NCBI GenBank assembly: GCA_028534125.1
Contig: CM052818.1
Coordinates: 21,764,001 to 21,828,000, forward strand
Direction of reading: 5' to 3'
Source: Lama glama
Taxonomy: Eukaryota
Length of the DNA stretch: 64,000 bases
The notes under the pieces are model-generated. The model was not told the DNA's origin. It did not search any database and saw only the letters and a list, made by a program, of their open reading frames with translations. Made by a program: the position numbers and the translations under genes. Shown in pieces: positions 38,170 to 51,700 of this stretch; position 1 is the first letter of the stretch, and each line of letters starts with the position of its first letter.

Positions 38170-39075
38170 CATTTACGAGGCAACAGCAATTAAAATGGTG
38201 TGATGTTTGCATAGTTAGACAAAAAGACAATAGAACTGAATTTAGAAACTAGAAATGGATCATACATATATGGGAAATTGGTATTAGGCAGGGCTGAAAT
38301 AGTGTTGGCAAAATTATATTAGATTCCTTGTTTCATATAAAACAGTAAATTCAGGATGAATGAAAAACCTAAGCATATGTGCTTGGAAAGATGACTTTAA
38401 AACTCCTGAAAGAAAATAGAGATTACAGAACTTGAGATGGCAATGACTTCTTAAACAAGACAATAACACAAACCCTAAAGAAAATGATGGATAAGTAACA
38501 AAAGGCTCCATACTCAAAATAAAAGAACAAAATAAAGACCAGGTTTTGCAACACATGTAACAAAGGACTAGTATCCTGACTACATAAAAAAAAAAAACAA
38601 ACTACGAATCAATGAGAAAAAGACAACCCAAAAGAAAAACAGGTAAGATTTAGAGAAGAGGAAACTCAAATGGCTCATACAGGAAAAGGCGTTTATCTCA
38701 GATGTAATCAGAAATGCAAATTAAATATTATTTCACATTCACCTGACTGGCAAACTTAAAGTCTGACAATATTTACTGTTACTGAGGACGGGGAGGGACA
38801 GAGGAACAGGGATTTTCACACATTTCTAGTAGAAGTGCAAATTAGTACATCTTTAGCATAATGCATTTGCAGTATTAACTGGAAGTGATGCATACTCTAT
38901 AACCCAGTAATCTTATTTCTAAGCAACTACTACAGAAAATGCTAGTACAAGTGTTCAAGGGACACATGCCAGTCATTAGTTTTTTTTATAGTAAAAACTT
39001 GCAAATAATCTTCATCTCTTTTCAGTGGGGAAATGGATAAGTTGTGGTGAAGTCACACAAAGGAATACTATACCA
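38170..39075 (+). mobile_element. Old L1 (L1ME-like) fragment
   Basis: aaggactagtatcc..., gaaatgcaaattaaa, aatggataagttgtgg...ggaatactata. Confidence 0.65.
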
Positions 39076-42019
39076 GTTTATTCTTTTTATTTAACCTCTC
39101 GTTTTATGGAAGAGGGGGATGCAGAGGCAATAATGTGAGCAGATAAATTCAAACCTGAGGTTGGGAATAACACCCTTTCCTCTCCCATATTACCCCCAGC
39201 AAAATCAAAACCAGCCACGCATGGGGGGTGATGTGTGGGGGAAGGGCTAATGAGAGAACTGACCTCTTACGGTAGGCAGTATCAGACTCTTATTCCAACC
39301 CAGTGTCCCCTTCCCCGCCTTCTAAACATAACTAAGTAACAATCCTTGGGTAGATCACCAAATCAAAACCTGTAAATATTGTTTACTGCTTGGTCAAACA
39401 CTGTTCTTACTGAGTCTCCTTTCTTGTAAGAGTATATCTAGTTTCACTTGCACAGACTGGTATAGTCACATGTACTCTCTGTGCCTAGTGATTTTCAAGC
39501 TTTTCATAAAGTCAACCTTTCTTCAAATGAAATCTTACATGGAATCCCAACAAGTAACAGAAAAAAAGCAGGACCACTCTGGAGGTTGAGAAATGGTACC
39601 CTAGAACTTCCTCTGGCAATTACAACATTTTAAGGAGAGTTTAAACTAGATGAAAATTCTTAAGATTAGTTTATTTTTGACTACATATAAATTTTAAATG
39701 TGAGCTCTTCATGAAGAGATTTGTAGGTTCCTAAAGAAACTATAACAATTCAATTCACTGACTTTCACTTCAGGAATATACTTCAATAGCATCAAAATAA
39801 TTATAGCTAGTCTTGTCTAAGACCAATTTTAATAGCAAATATTAAATAATTTAATTTATATTTAAATAAGCTTTATACTATTGTGAATTTACTTACAAGA
39901 TGCTTATTCACAGGCAAAAGTCTCATGAAAATAAACTCCATGGTCCTCTAAACCAAGTTTCTGTGGAATTTTGTCAAAATAAATTGCACTTCATGTCTCC
40001 AAGACAGAAATGAAGCAAAACCACCTCATTATAGTGAGCGCGCAAGTGAAGAAAACATTAAGGACCCAGGAAAGGGAAAGGAGCTCCCAGACCCATATAT
40101 TAGAGTAGCTCTTGGATTGTACTGGTGCTCTTCACTGCAGATACACGCCCAAGTATTTTCATTAGAAGTGTATATTATGCCGACAGAGTAAGAGAATACA
40201 TTGGCTGTACAGACTTAATCATAAAGATCACTATTGCCAACATAATAAGATTAGGGTTTTTAGTCAAAGGGGAAAAACAAATCCAAAGCTTTGATTCTAC
40301 CCATAAATAAAAGTTACGGTTCTTTTGTGCCCCACTAGAGTTGTGGATACTAAGAGGAAAAACAGTAACTAACCTCCAAACACCAAGCTCATGCACGCAT
40401 CCCTCATTCCTGAACTAGAAGAGCACAGCTACCAGTTATATTGAGTGGGAAACGATGTACACAGTTAACAGAAATGTTTGCCAGGGAGCATGAAAGTGAA
40501 ATGGAAAATAAGGGGAAGAAGACACCACAGCCAGGAAAGCCAGCAAGAAGTCAGAATCAGTGCTGATGCTGCCTGAGAAGCAACTTACTCTGTATAAGTA
40601 GTTACACTGTTTTACTTCTGATTGACAATATAACATATATAAATCACCAGAGGGCAAAAATAAACTTGCTCAGCATTTTCATTAAAGCTTACAGAATAAT
40701 CCTCAAAGTTGAACAGAAAAAATAAAACAGCAATTGAGCATAAAAAAATGACAACGCAACTTTTTATAATGCATATCTACAAATTTATTTGCAAAAGCAA
40801 GTAACTCTCAGAATTACTTTGAAATAACTTAAGTTCTCGTCTTGATGATTACTACATTAGCATTTGACTACCTTACAGATTTCCTGCAAACTGTGCACTG
40901 TTTTAATAGGTGAAAATTACAATAGACTATTTTCCAAAAATATTATTTAGCTAGGCAAAACAAAATGTATTCTAAAATCTTCATCAAATGCTTTCCCTTA
41001 TCAAACCAGATTAATTCCAAAATACAAATAAGGGCAATTTGGAAGAGGAAATGTGAATTTGAGACATCATTTAAAAACGCAATCTAAATTCAAGGTAAGA
41101 GTAAGATTTGGCTAGCAGAAGAAATTTAATGGACATCTTCAGGTTAATTTCAATGATGGAAGCTGAATAAAGACTCAGTTTAACACAAGCAACATAAACT
41201 GCCTAACATCACTATTAAAAGACATCAAGACCCAACTGAATCCCATACATCTGAAAATAAACCTGACTTATGGAGAAATGAGAGCTGCAGTCACTTTTGG
41301 CTACCCAAATACATTAAAAACCAAACACTCATGTAACAACTATCTTCAGTAAATATTATAATTACCAAGCCTCATAATTGGGCAAGCAATGTGTGACAGA
41401 AATTATGAGTGCTTTAAAAAAAACCAAGAATCTCCATGGTAACTTTCCCCAATCTTGTTGAATGTTCAGAAAATTGAAAAGTCTAACCAAAAAAACTCAA
41501 CATAAAATTCTGATCCACTTAGTCATCATTAAAAAAGTCCCATCTTTATCTGACCAACCTGAAGTGACATCTAATGTTAAAATGATTTTATTTAAAATAT
41601 ACGAATTTTAAACTTCAACATAAAAGTGAAACCTTCTCAAAGAAATAACACAAATCTACAATAATTGGAAGACATCTTAAAAGATTAAAATGACCCAAAT
41701 ATATGCCATAAAAAAATCAAGCTCTACAGTTAAACAACCTTAAATCATGAGTTTTCCAAGTTGAAACACATCACAGGAATTTTCTGGGAGAAAAAAAGCA
41801 CAATAGTAAAGACTCCACCTTCTTTACTTTGCTTTCTAAGTATCAGTGTAATGGTAACCATACAAACATCACCTCTCCCCACAAGTAAATTTTACATCAG
41901 ATCTGTCTTAAGATTCATTTACTGTTATACTTGGTATACTACTATATTATATAATAGTATATTACAGTACCGTAATACTTGGAATAAAAGAACACTCTGT
42001 GAAGCTGTCCAAGAGGATG

Positions 42020-43330
42020 AGGGTAGCAACTCCCAAAGTCTGGGAGTCCCAGAGAACCTTTCAAGGAGGTCTATAAAATCCAAACTATTTTCTCAACAAT
42101 ATTAACACTTTTTTTCCCCCAAAGTATTGACATTTGCACTGACTGTGCAAAAGAAATGGTGGGAAAAATTACAGACACCTTATTAGCATGAATAGAAACA
42201 GTATTACCAAACCGGTCACTATTACATGTTCATCACTGTACTCACAGAGAAAAAGGGGCAGGGGGGACCAATTTCAGTTAACAATGTCCTTAAGCAGTAA
42301 AAATTAATTGCATCACACCTCTACCCTCGAGCACACATCTTTTTAATAGCTTAGATGATGAAATGGGAAGTCCTGGGTCTACAGCAGGCTGAAGTATGAT
42401 GGTTGTCTCATGCTATTATTTGAGACGTGAGCTGAACTAGTAGCCACTTTTCAAGGAACGCCATTTTACTTGAAGGAATGACTGACAGACTGTGGTTATT
42501 CAACAGACATTTTCTCTGAAATGAATGAAATAAGCCTGTCACTCAAAGAAAACAACTGACAATATTTGTTGCCAATGATAAAATTTCACCTTTCAAATGA
42601 AAATTAAAATTTTGAAAAGTCTGTATCCATCACCATGTGCTTGACAGCGTCCCAACACTTAAGATTTTTCTGATGAGATCACAACAAAAATTATAAACAC
42701 AGCATAATAAAATGTTACTATTCTAAAGAACTGCATACTTCTATGAACCAGTATTTTCCAAATGACCAATGCATGTTACAAAATCATGTAAAAGTAGAAC
42801 CCTTATTCAAACCGTAAGACAAATCAAACTGATTTTAATGTAACAAATACAAAGTTGATTGACAGTTTGACTTCACATTGCAACTAACCTTCAAGAAACT
42901 ACCAGTTCTGAAGTTCAGATAAAGTATCAAAGAATAACTACAATTATCTAAAGCTTAAAAGTACTTTTCCACAAACGTGTTTGTGTGAGGCCAGACTTCT
43001 TCATCCCCTTCTAACACAGTGCCACATTCCAACAGACTGAATGTAAGAGCAGACAAAAGATTATCCAGCCCAACATTAAAATATTTATAAAAATTAAAAC
43101 CAACGCTACTTTTCACACTAAATTTTTTAGATTTTGAAAATATTTGCATAAAACAATGCCATTTATGTTAACGTAATTAAAAAAAAGAATTAAAATAGCA
43201 CATCAAATTTCTTTAATTTCTAATACAATAAATATCAATAGATATAACCCACAAAGCGTAAGTTCTCTGGGATCTTGAATTCTGAGAAATATAAATGGGT
43301 GCTAAGATCAAAAAGGTTGAGAAACAGCTG
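42020..43330. mobile_element. Charlie1-type hAT DNA transposon fossil
   Basis: ccattttacttgaaggaatgactgacagac..., tttgttgccaatgataaaatt, ends aaaaggttgagaaacagctg. Confidence 0.75.
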
Positions 43331-43672
43331 GAATAGGGAATTAAAAACAGTAAATATTGGATATGGGTTTTTCTCTTGCTACTCCACACATTATTTGTAT
43401 TTCCAGGGCCACCAAACCCCCGAAGAGGATTTTTTTTTATAAGTGATATAAAAAATGTTTTTGGATTGAAGAAGGGGTTAATTAGTATTGTTCTATTATA
43501 TAGTTCGGTTAACTCCTCCTTGGAATTATAATTCGCCTACACAGTTTTATATAAAATTTTTCATGATAATCATTCCTACTATATAAAATGTTTTAAGTAA
43601 CATTCAAAACTGGACTTTCATTCTTAAATATCATATGAAATAGTAATTATGTCACACTGTTTTTATCAATTC

Positions 43673-43678
43673 TTTATT
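43673..43678 (-). terminator. PPM1B: Candidate distal PPM1B poly(A) signal (short isoform)
   Basis: AATAAA on minus strand at the end of about 1.7 kb of repeat-free AT-rich UTR-like sequence, shortly before transposon DNA resumes. Confidence 0.5.
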
Positions 43679-45370
43679 TAGGTAACAAGTTGGTTATGTT
43701 CACTGCATTGTATGAAACATCACAATATCATACGGGAAAGGTACTATCAGTACAGGGTTGGATCAGAGTGGACAGTTTGAACAATAAACCGTTTTGCATT
43801 CTTCATTCCCTATCTTTTAACAACCCGCCAAGCCCAGTCAAGGGACAAATAGCTTTTAACATCATCATGGAAAGCACTTTAACTTACAAGGCTAAAATCT
43901 AAAGAATAAATAAAATATGTTGTGGCATTAATTTCTTTTAGACCAAAAATCAGGTGCACAATAAATCAAATGATCAAGAAAGCTGTATTCAAATGTGTGG
44001 CTCTCCAGAAACAACTTCAGGAAAATGTTACAGAAAATACCATGAATTCCATTTCACACAGGACCAGATGATGACTCATTTTAACTATACACAAGGGCAA
44101 TTACATCCTGCTGAAACACAATTTAAACAGATAGGAAAATGTTTACAGAGCATCCACCACACGTAAACCATGTACAAATGGATACATTCATTGCTTCTCC
44201 TACCCCAATAGCTTCTTTTAGATAAATATTTCACTCTTCATGTTCAGTATTAATTGGAAACATGCAAAACTCAAAAGAATTCAAGGATTCAAGGTTATTG
44301 TAAAAATAGAATTAAACTAATAGTCTTCAAGTACCTTATGTGATAGCCACTCTGTACCGTGCCCAATGTTATAAAATGAAAGGTTACTGAACCCATGAAA
44401 ATATCTCTGTAATATTTCCTTAGACCTAAAATAGATAATTTTAAATGTATTTATAGTCATTTCAATGTGATATTCTGAGCTTTTAAAATAATGTAAACAA
44501 TTAAAAATTATACCAAATTACACAAAACTTGTTTTATCTTAAAAGCTGAAAAATTAAAACTATAGAAACCCACATGTAAAACAAAAATCACAATTTACAT
44601 TATAAAGGCAAATCTCATCATTTAAAAAAATTTGCAGCAGTGAGATGTCAAAGCAAATTATAAATAGCCATAAATTAATCCATTTGGTTTCAAGAGATTT
44701 TTCTAGTGAGAGTTGAAGGATGTAGTAGACACATGCATAAAATTTGTCAGGGTTTAGAGTATTATTGCCAAAAACACTTTATCTTGAAGCAGGCAACATT
44801 ACAACTTGGACATTATTGGAGAACCCAGTTTGATAATACAGGTAAAATTGGAAAAAAATTAAATAACAATAATAAATACAAATCCTATAGTAAATTGCTC
44901 AAATGAAATTTTAAGCCACAGAGCTGCAAAAGGCTTCCAACTTGGTGAAATGAAAGAAGGAGCATCTCATACAATTCTTTGCTCTTACATGCTTATATGT
45001 TGTGTGTCTTGTTTAAAAAGAAAAATAATGTGTCTTCAGAGGATAGCTAACTATATTCCCATGCACCTCAGGCATATGTTATTTGTGGTGAAGTAACTCC
45101 ATTGGTTTCTAGGGCCAGAAGTTCAGTACAGTTGTAACCAGTACGCCTGAGGCTGGCAAAAAATACTGTAGTACAGGCAATGCTACAAGTGGCAATTATC
45201 AGAAAACACAAATATGAACAAATGATGGGAAATGCTAATGATTTTCTGCTCATATCACAAAACGCTGGGAATCCACAAGAATATTTTTCCCCTTGTACTG
45301 AAGAAAATTGTGACTAAAAGTTTTTTCCCCCAACTTTCAGAATCAAAAGCATTTTAGAAGGTTTATAAGG

Positions 45371-45400
45371 CTACCATGGGTCTTCTAGATCTCCAGCACC
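45371..45400 (-). CDS. PPM1B: PPM1B alternative terminal exon, short (387-aa-type) isoform
   Basis: Strong acceptor ttcttccttttctcttcctgtag|GGT GCT GGA GAT CTA GAA GAC CCA TGG TAG = GAGDLEDPW*. Confidence 0.93.
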   Translation of the reverse strand, partial: GAGDLEDPW

Positions 45401-46262
45401 CTACAGGAAGAGAAAAGGAAGAATATTGTTATTATTTACCTAGACCACTTCCAGGTTGGATTGAATTTCAAAAGAAAACAAAATTAGATGAACAAATTAC
45501 CTTCCTTTCTTTGAAAAGGTACTTTTATAGAGAGGTGTGTGAATTGTACATTGTGTGTATACACATGGATCTAATATAGATAGGTAACTGGCTGGGTTTT
45601 TCTCCCCTCTCCACCAAATGCCTTCCTGTTTCTCAAACCACTTAAAAACATTCTGGCATTGGAAAAATAGATCAAAACATCAGCTACACCTGAAGATTCC
45701 AGTTTCAACTTATGGTACCTTAAGCAACTTTAGACACACGATAAACGTAAAACATGAAAAAGAAAAGTTAATGTTCTACATTCACAAAATAGTTGTTTTA
45801 AGAAACACTTTCCCATGTGACTAACAGTCATCTGTATTTTAAAGATTCATTTTAACAAAAACCAAACTCTTATCTGCTACTATTTAAAATATCTCATAAT
45901 TCTCGCATTTATTAATATCTGATGAATGCTTAGAGCAAAGCTGACAGTCTTGCAATCTTTAAAAAGCTCATCATGGCAATATTCTAACATGTCTAAGTGT
46001 GTCCATTCTGTCTAAAGATTAGTATTTTACATCACAAAAAGGGGATAAGAAACAAAATAGATTTACTTTGAGTAAGCAAGACTTCTCAACATTTTTTTCC
46101 TTTCAGTTAATGAAAAATGCATCAAGCCAAAAGTTTTCTAAATTTTATATAAATACAAATGAAATTCTAATGGGTATTTTTCCAATATACCAAACCTGGT
46201 TGTTTAAAAAATAATAATTTAAAAATAAGTACAACATGCATAGGTTATTCCACATCACATGC

Positions 46263-46268
46263 TTTATT
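46263..46268 (-). terminator. PPM1B: Candidate proximal PPM1B poly(A) signal (long isoform)
   Basis: AATAAA on minus strand about 730 nt after the long-isoform stop, followed by GT/T-rich sequence. Confidence 0.55.
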
Positions 46269-46998
46269 TGGACTTAAACACTTATAATTTCATTCTAAAC
46301 ACTTGGTTGACATACATTTTGATGTATGTAGTTAGGCTATACAGAATATACAAACCAAAGCTGCATGAATAATACATAGGTTTTTCAAAAATTATGTTTC
46401 ATAAAGAATACAGAGAAAGGGAAAATAATCACACATCCAATATCTCAGAACTTCTAAAAATAAAACTACAGAGAGTGAAATATAAACAACTCAAAGAACA
46501 CACAAATGATCATTCTTGAAAAAAGAAATTACAGGCCAGCATCTGCCATTCTTTGAATAACTAAAATTACTGAAGAAAACACAAATTTATTACATAGCTA
46601 ACTATGAATGTACTATTATGTAAAATAATGTGAAGCAGTATAAATCTATATTAACAAGTTTTCCACAATATAAAGTAACCTTGCTATTCAGTAATCTCTA
46701 ATTCTATCTAGTATGAATTTAACTACTGACTTTAATAACTGGTGGCCTTATTTCCAGCATACAACATGAAAGGACATATGATTTTATTAAATTCAAGGTA
46801 CTATAAATAGCCGATTTTAAACTATCTGATAAAGATGTATGCAAAGGCCTTCTTAAAAAAAAAACAAGGCTATATGAATATAATAAAACTAGTTTACCAA
46901 TATTCAAGTAACAAAACGGTTATATAAACGCATACATTATATTTCCTAAGTAAAAACCATCAAATCAAAGATCACAAAAATATTACCACAAAGTAAGG

Positions 46999-47304
46999 TC
47001 ATATTTTTTCACCACTCATCTTTGTCCCTGCATCTTCATTACAGCTGTCTAGTTCAGCAAGATCACTCTTTGATTCAGTATGGCTTTCCTGCATTGCCAC
47101 TGGGTTTCCAGCATCACTGTTCGAAGAAGCAGCGGCAGCAGCTGGTTCAGCAGGGCTTTCTTCTCCCTCTACTTTAGCTAGCCTGTAACTAGTCAGCATC
47201 TCCTCCAGAAGTTGTCGGTAGTTGCCCCTATGATTAATTCTCATTTGCCTGAGAGCTTCCACCAATTTTCCCTGTGATCCACTTTCCTCTGCTTCATCGG
47301 AGGC
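46999..47304 (-). CDS. PPM1B: PPM1B alternative terminal exon, long (479-aa-type) isoform
   Basis: aaaaaag|GCCTCC; 306 nt including stop; ASDEAEESGSQGKLVEALRQMRINHRGNYRQLLEEML...GTKMSGEKI*. Confidence 0.95.
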   Translation of the reverse strand, partial: ASDEAEESGSQGKLVEALRQMRINHRGNYRQLLEEMLTSYRLAKVEGEESPAEPAAAAASSNSDAGNPVAMQESHTESKSDLAELDSCNEDAGTKMSGEKI

Positions 47305-48044
47305 CTTTTTTTAAGATTCAAGACCCCAGTGTCAGTAGACAAACTAGGATATCACATGTATTTCATAACATATCACAGCAAAACACTCATTTGTCTACCA
47401 TGAGTAATATAGTCTAGGCATGAGAACATTTCATTAAATAAGTATCAAGGCTTATTTGTGTCAATTAACGAAAATTTCCAGTTGAAGTATCTCATTATTT
47501 TTAGCAAATTATCACGAACTAGTTCACGTTTATTTCACATTGATATTCGAAGTTTAATCTGAAATTTACTTGGCTATTAAAATTCAAAGGCAACACAAGC
47601 ATCTCCTAAAGCTGACTTACTTAAAAAAAAAAAAAACAATTGGCTATAGTTATCTAGTACAAAAGGAAATTAGTGTTTAAAGCAGTAGGAAAGGACAGAA
47701 AAGCAGGCCATGAGAACATTAGTTTCTTCATTTCTGCTAAATGATAGGAAGGAAAGGAGACACAAAATGTAAAACTATAGAAATTTAAACTAGATACTGG
47801 GGAAATTGTAAAGCTTTTGTGGATAAAAATATTACTTTTTGTCTTTAAATATTTTAATAAAAACACTTCTAGATAAAATAGACCAATTATTTAAAACATA
47901 ATTAAGTTGCAAACAGTACACTACTCAATCCTTTTATAGAATTTTATAAAATCTACAGGTTTCTAAAATAGTAGCTACTTAATCTTGTTAGCAGAACAAG
48001 CTCTAATATCCAATCTGATTATAGTTAAACTGAGGGACTAAAAA

Positions 48045-48700
48045 GCAAATCAATCTTATATTCTGTGCCTCCTGATGTGATGCATCAGGGAGGACGACAA
48101 AGCTATGTCCTGTGTTCTTGCCAAAAATGTTTAATAACTAATGAAGCTAATTCCCAATTTACAGGAAAACAAGGAATAGAGGATCATATGAAAGGACACC
48201 ACAAAGAAAGAATCATATGATCCAGAATGTAGGACATCCTATAAAAAGCTTGCTCAGTCTCATTACAATCAGTGTCAAGGGGAAAAGAACTGGGGGCTTG
48301 GTCAAAGACTTGCTTAATAGGCTTGACTGGTAGCAAATGGACTAGTAGTCATTCTAGGCACAACTGGGAAAATTTGGGATCAATATTAGATGACATTAAA
48401 TTTATTATTAATTTTCTTACATATAATATTATGGTTATGTAGAAAAATGTCCTCATTCTTAAGAGCTGCATGCCAAAATATTTAGAGGCAAAATACTATG
48501 ATGTCTGCAATTTGCTATCAAAGGGTCAGTCAAAAAAAGTCATGTATGTACATACACACATATATATATAAAGAGAGATAAAGCAAATATGGTAAAACAT
48601 TAAGTGTTGAATCTAGGTAGAAGGTATACAATTGTTCATTATGATCATTTTAATTTTTCTATATTTTTGGAAGTTTTCATCATAAAATGTGGGGAAAATA
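48045..48700 (+). mobile_element. L1MC/ME-type 3' end
   Basis: attagatgacattaa...tggttatgtagaaaaatgtcctcattctt...gcaaatatggtaaaac...catcataaaatg. Confidence 0.65.
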
Positions 48701-51700
48701 AAATACAAAAAGGTTACTGATATAGATGATCTGACACAAACTCTTAACCATCTTTGAAGGCTGTTACTCTATAATTCTATAACAAAGATAATACTACTAT
48801 AACCACATAATAAATGGCAATGCTTATTAGAAAAATGAGAGCACGTGAATGCTTTGAAAAGAAAAAAGAAAAAAAGGAAGTGTCCTTGTGGCAAAAAGCA
48901 ACAGATGATACTGTGTACAGCATATGTTTTATATGTACATATATGTCTGTGCACCTGTCCATTTTAGGATATTATATGTAAAATGTCTGGGAGGAAAGAA
49001 AATACAGCAATATAAAAATGGTAATATTAGGTAGTGAAGTTTCAGATGTTTATTTTCTTTGAATTTTCTAATTTTCTATATCAAGAATATTAACTGTCAA
49101 AATCATTACATTTTAATTTGCAAAGTTTATTGTGTGGGGAGAACATAATAAAATGTGCTGTTAAGATTTTTCTTATTTTTCCCCTTACCTTTCCTTCTGT
49201 ACTAAAAAAATCTATTTCCCTAAATAAAGTCTCTCATGTGAATCTATTCAGGAAAGGTTAAGATGGAACAATGAGTTGAGTCTTGCTATTCACAAATCTT
49301 ACCAGTCTTTAATCAGGTCTTCCAAAAGGAAATTTTCTACTTGATAGTAAATCACAAAGAACTTTTAATATAGGGCATAAGACTCCTACCTGCCCTCTAA
49401 AGAAAAATCCCTCAAACCAACAACTCTCTTTTTATTAAAAAAAAAGAAAAAAAGAAAAAAGAACTTCCAGGACACTGAAACAGAATCTGCTTCAAGTGGG
49501 CAGCTGATTTACAGGCTGAGACCTCAACCCTGGTTTCGCACCAGAATCACCTATAGAGTTTCTACAATTATACACATGCCAAAGTTCCATCCCATTATAT
49601 TCAAATTCAGTGGGTTGAGGCGATCTATTCTTAAAGCCTGACAGGTGATTCTGATATATGGCCAAGGTGGAGAACCACTGATAAGCTGTCTTAACTCTAC
49701 CTACTTGAACTTATTGATACGGTTGGATCAAAGGTTGTTATACTCATTGTATTTCAGTCAATTAGGGGGGGAGGTGGTTTTCAAAGATAAAGCACCTCTT
49801 TCTCCATCTGACACATTTATTTTTTACAGTAATCATCTATGTTTCTGTGAACTGCAGAGCAGTTGGGAAGAGAGAAGTAGTTGCTTTTTAAAAACTGTAA
49901 ATTAAGTAGCATGGATTTACAACAACCAATTGAAAAGAATTTGAGCTAATGGCCACATTTAAGTTATTTTATATCATCGCAAATTATATTCTTTTGTTGT
50001 GCTGCATAGACAATGGATGGGTGAAACCTCTTTCCCAGCCATTTCATTTGACTCTTCAAAATATTGTTACACAACTCTGTCGTGGATTTTCATTAGTATC
50101 AGAAAAGGATTGTTTTGCTTAGCTACACCTTCTTTATCTGAACTCATAAAGCACATCATGTTTGCACATCCATTATAGCAATTAATTCCACCTTGCTACT
50201 GTTCACAATTATGTCTCCAGTTAGACTGTAAACTCTTTGAAATAAAGATAATTCTATTCCTTTCTGTATCCTCCCTACCACCTAGGGAAGGAAAATTAGT
50301 GCTTGTGCTAAGAACTTAAGAGCTTTATATACATAATCTCATTTAATCCTGTAGGTACCCTATGTAACAGGTACTGTAACTCTAATTTTTGTAAGTGAAG
50401 AAACTAAGGCTCAGAGAGATTTAAGTTGTTTGTCAGGGTGACAATGCTAGTAAGTGACAGAGCTCAGATTTGTTTATAGGTGCAACTGACATCAACGTCC
50501 CTCTGAATGCTCTTTTGAATACATTATGGTAACAGGTTTTGCATATAAGTGCCCCATATAAATAGACGCATACTAAATAAATACTGCTTAAAATTACTGT
50601 AGAATTAAAACATAAATTATTTCATATTGAAGTCTATAATGTATTTCTCCTTCATATAGAAAAATTAATGAAATTATAGGACAAAAAATCATTTATTAGA
50701 TGGGATGGTTAAATTTATTCTCCAAAATAAATTTAAGGCAATTATGGAGGTAGGAATTTAGGACATTTCCTCAGATTTTGTTTTTAAGGCTTTATTATCA
50801 TCTAGACTAATACAGCTTGAGAATCAAATTTCTCATTATAAAAACACTGCCTTGCACCACGTAAGGCACAGGAATATGGATAAATCAGGCAGAGAGCCAA
50901 CAGAGGGGAAGGAAATCTAGGCACATTTAGTAAAATTTAACTAGCTAATATTTATTTGCAGCAGTTTTTTAAAAACACAGTTGCCATAAGCAAAATTCCT
51001 CAAAAGACTAGCTAAAACAGTGGAGAAAAAGAACGCCAGCATAAATATTTACTGTGTTAAGAGTCCCCATGCCCTGCTTTGTCAGGTAAAAATAATTTTT
51101 AGACATTTCTCAAAAATGACTTCATGAGATACAATTAACAATGACTAATGGAGAATCTAATAAATTATACATTATCTGCAAGATTCTATAAAATTTAATC
51201 AGTTTGAAATAATTTAAGAGTCATTTAAATGGTCAAGACCACAAAGCTGTAAGAAGTGGTATATCAAATGACACCTAAAAAAACAGTGACTAAACTTAGT
51301 GCATTTTCCAACAGTGTAGGTAGGTCTTCTCCATAAGAATGCTTTGACAAGTGAAAAAGTAAAGTCCTAAAACTGTGATATAAAAATATACTTGCTTTAT
51401 TTGAAATAAAATAAAAAAGAAGATTGTACACAAAAGTTAACAATGTGAAAACAGGGAGATTCTTTTGGGCTTTTTGTCCTGTCCTCCTTCCCCCCTCTCA
51501 AAATCCAAATGTCTTAAAATAAGTTTTTTGAATCAGGATAAATAAAAACGTGTATTTAAATGAAAAATAACTAATAAGGCACTGAGCCTGACTGCTTAGT
51601 CACAACAACTTCCTCATCAAAAACAGAGCACCTTAAGACTATTAAATAAAAGATTCACAACAGAATGGGCAATGATTTTTCTTGCACAGTGGACAGAGTG

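Noticed and set aside
45401..45470. Possible equivalent of the mouse beta-3 tail (recalled FYQPSIAYSDNVFLL) just upstream of the GAGDLEDPW exon
   Set aside because: The pyrimidine tract ends in gaaa, not AG, and all three frames hit stops before the next exon; the mouse sequence is also only recalled.
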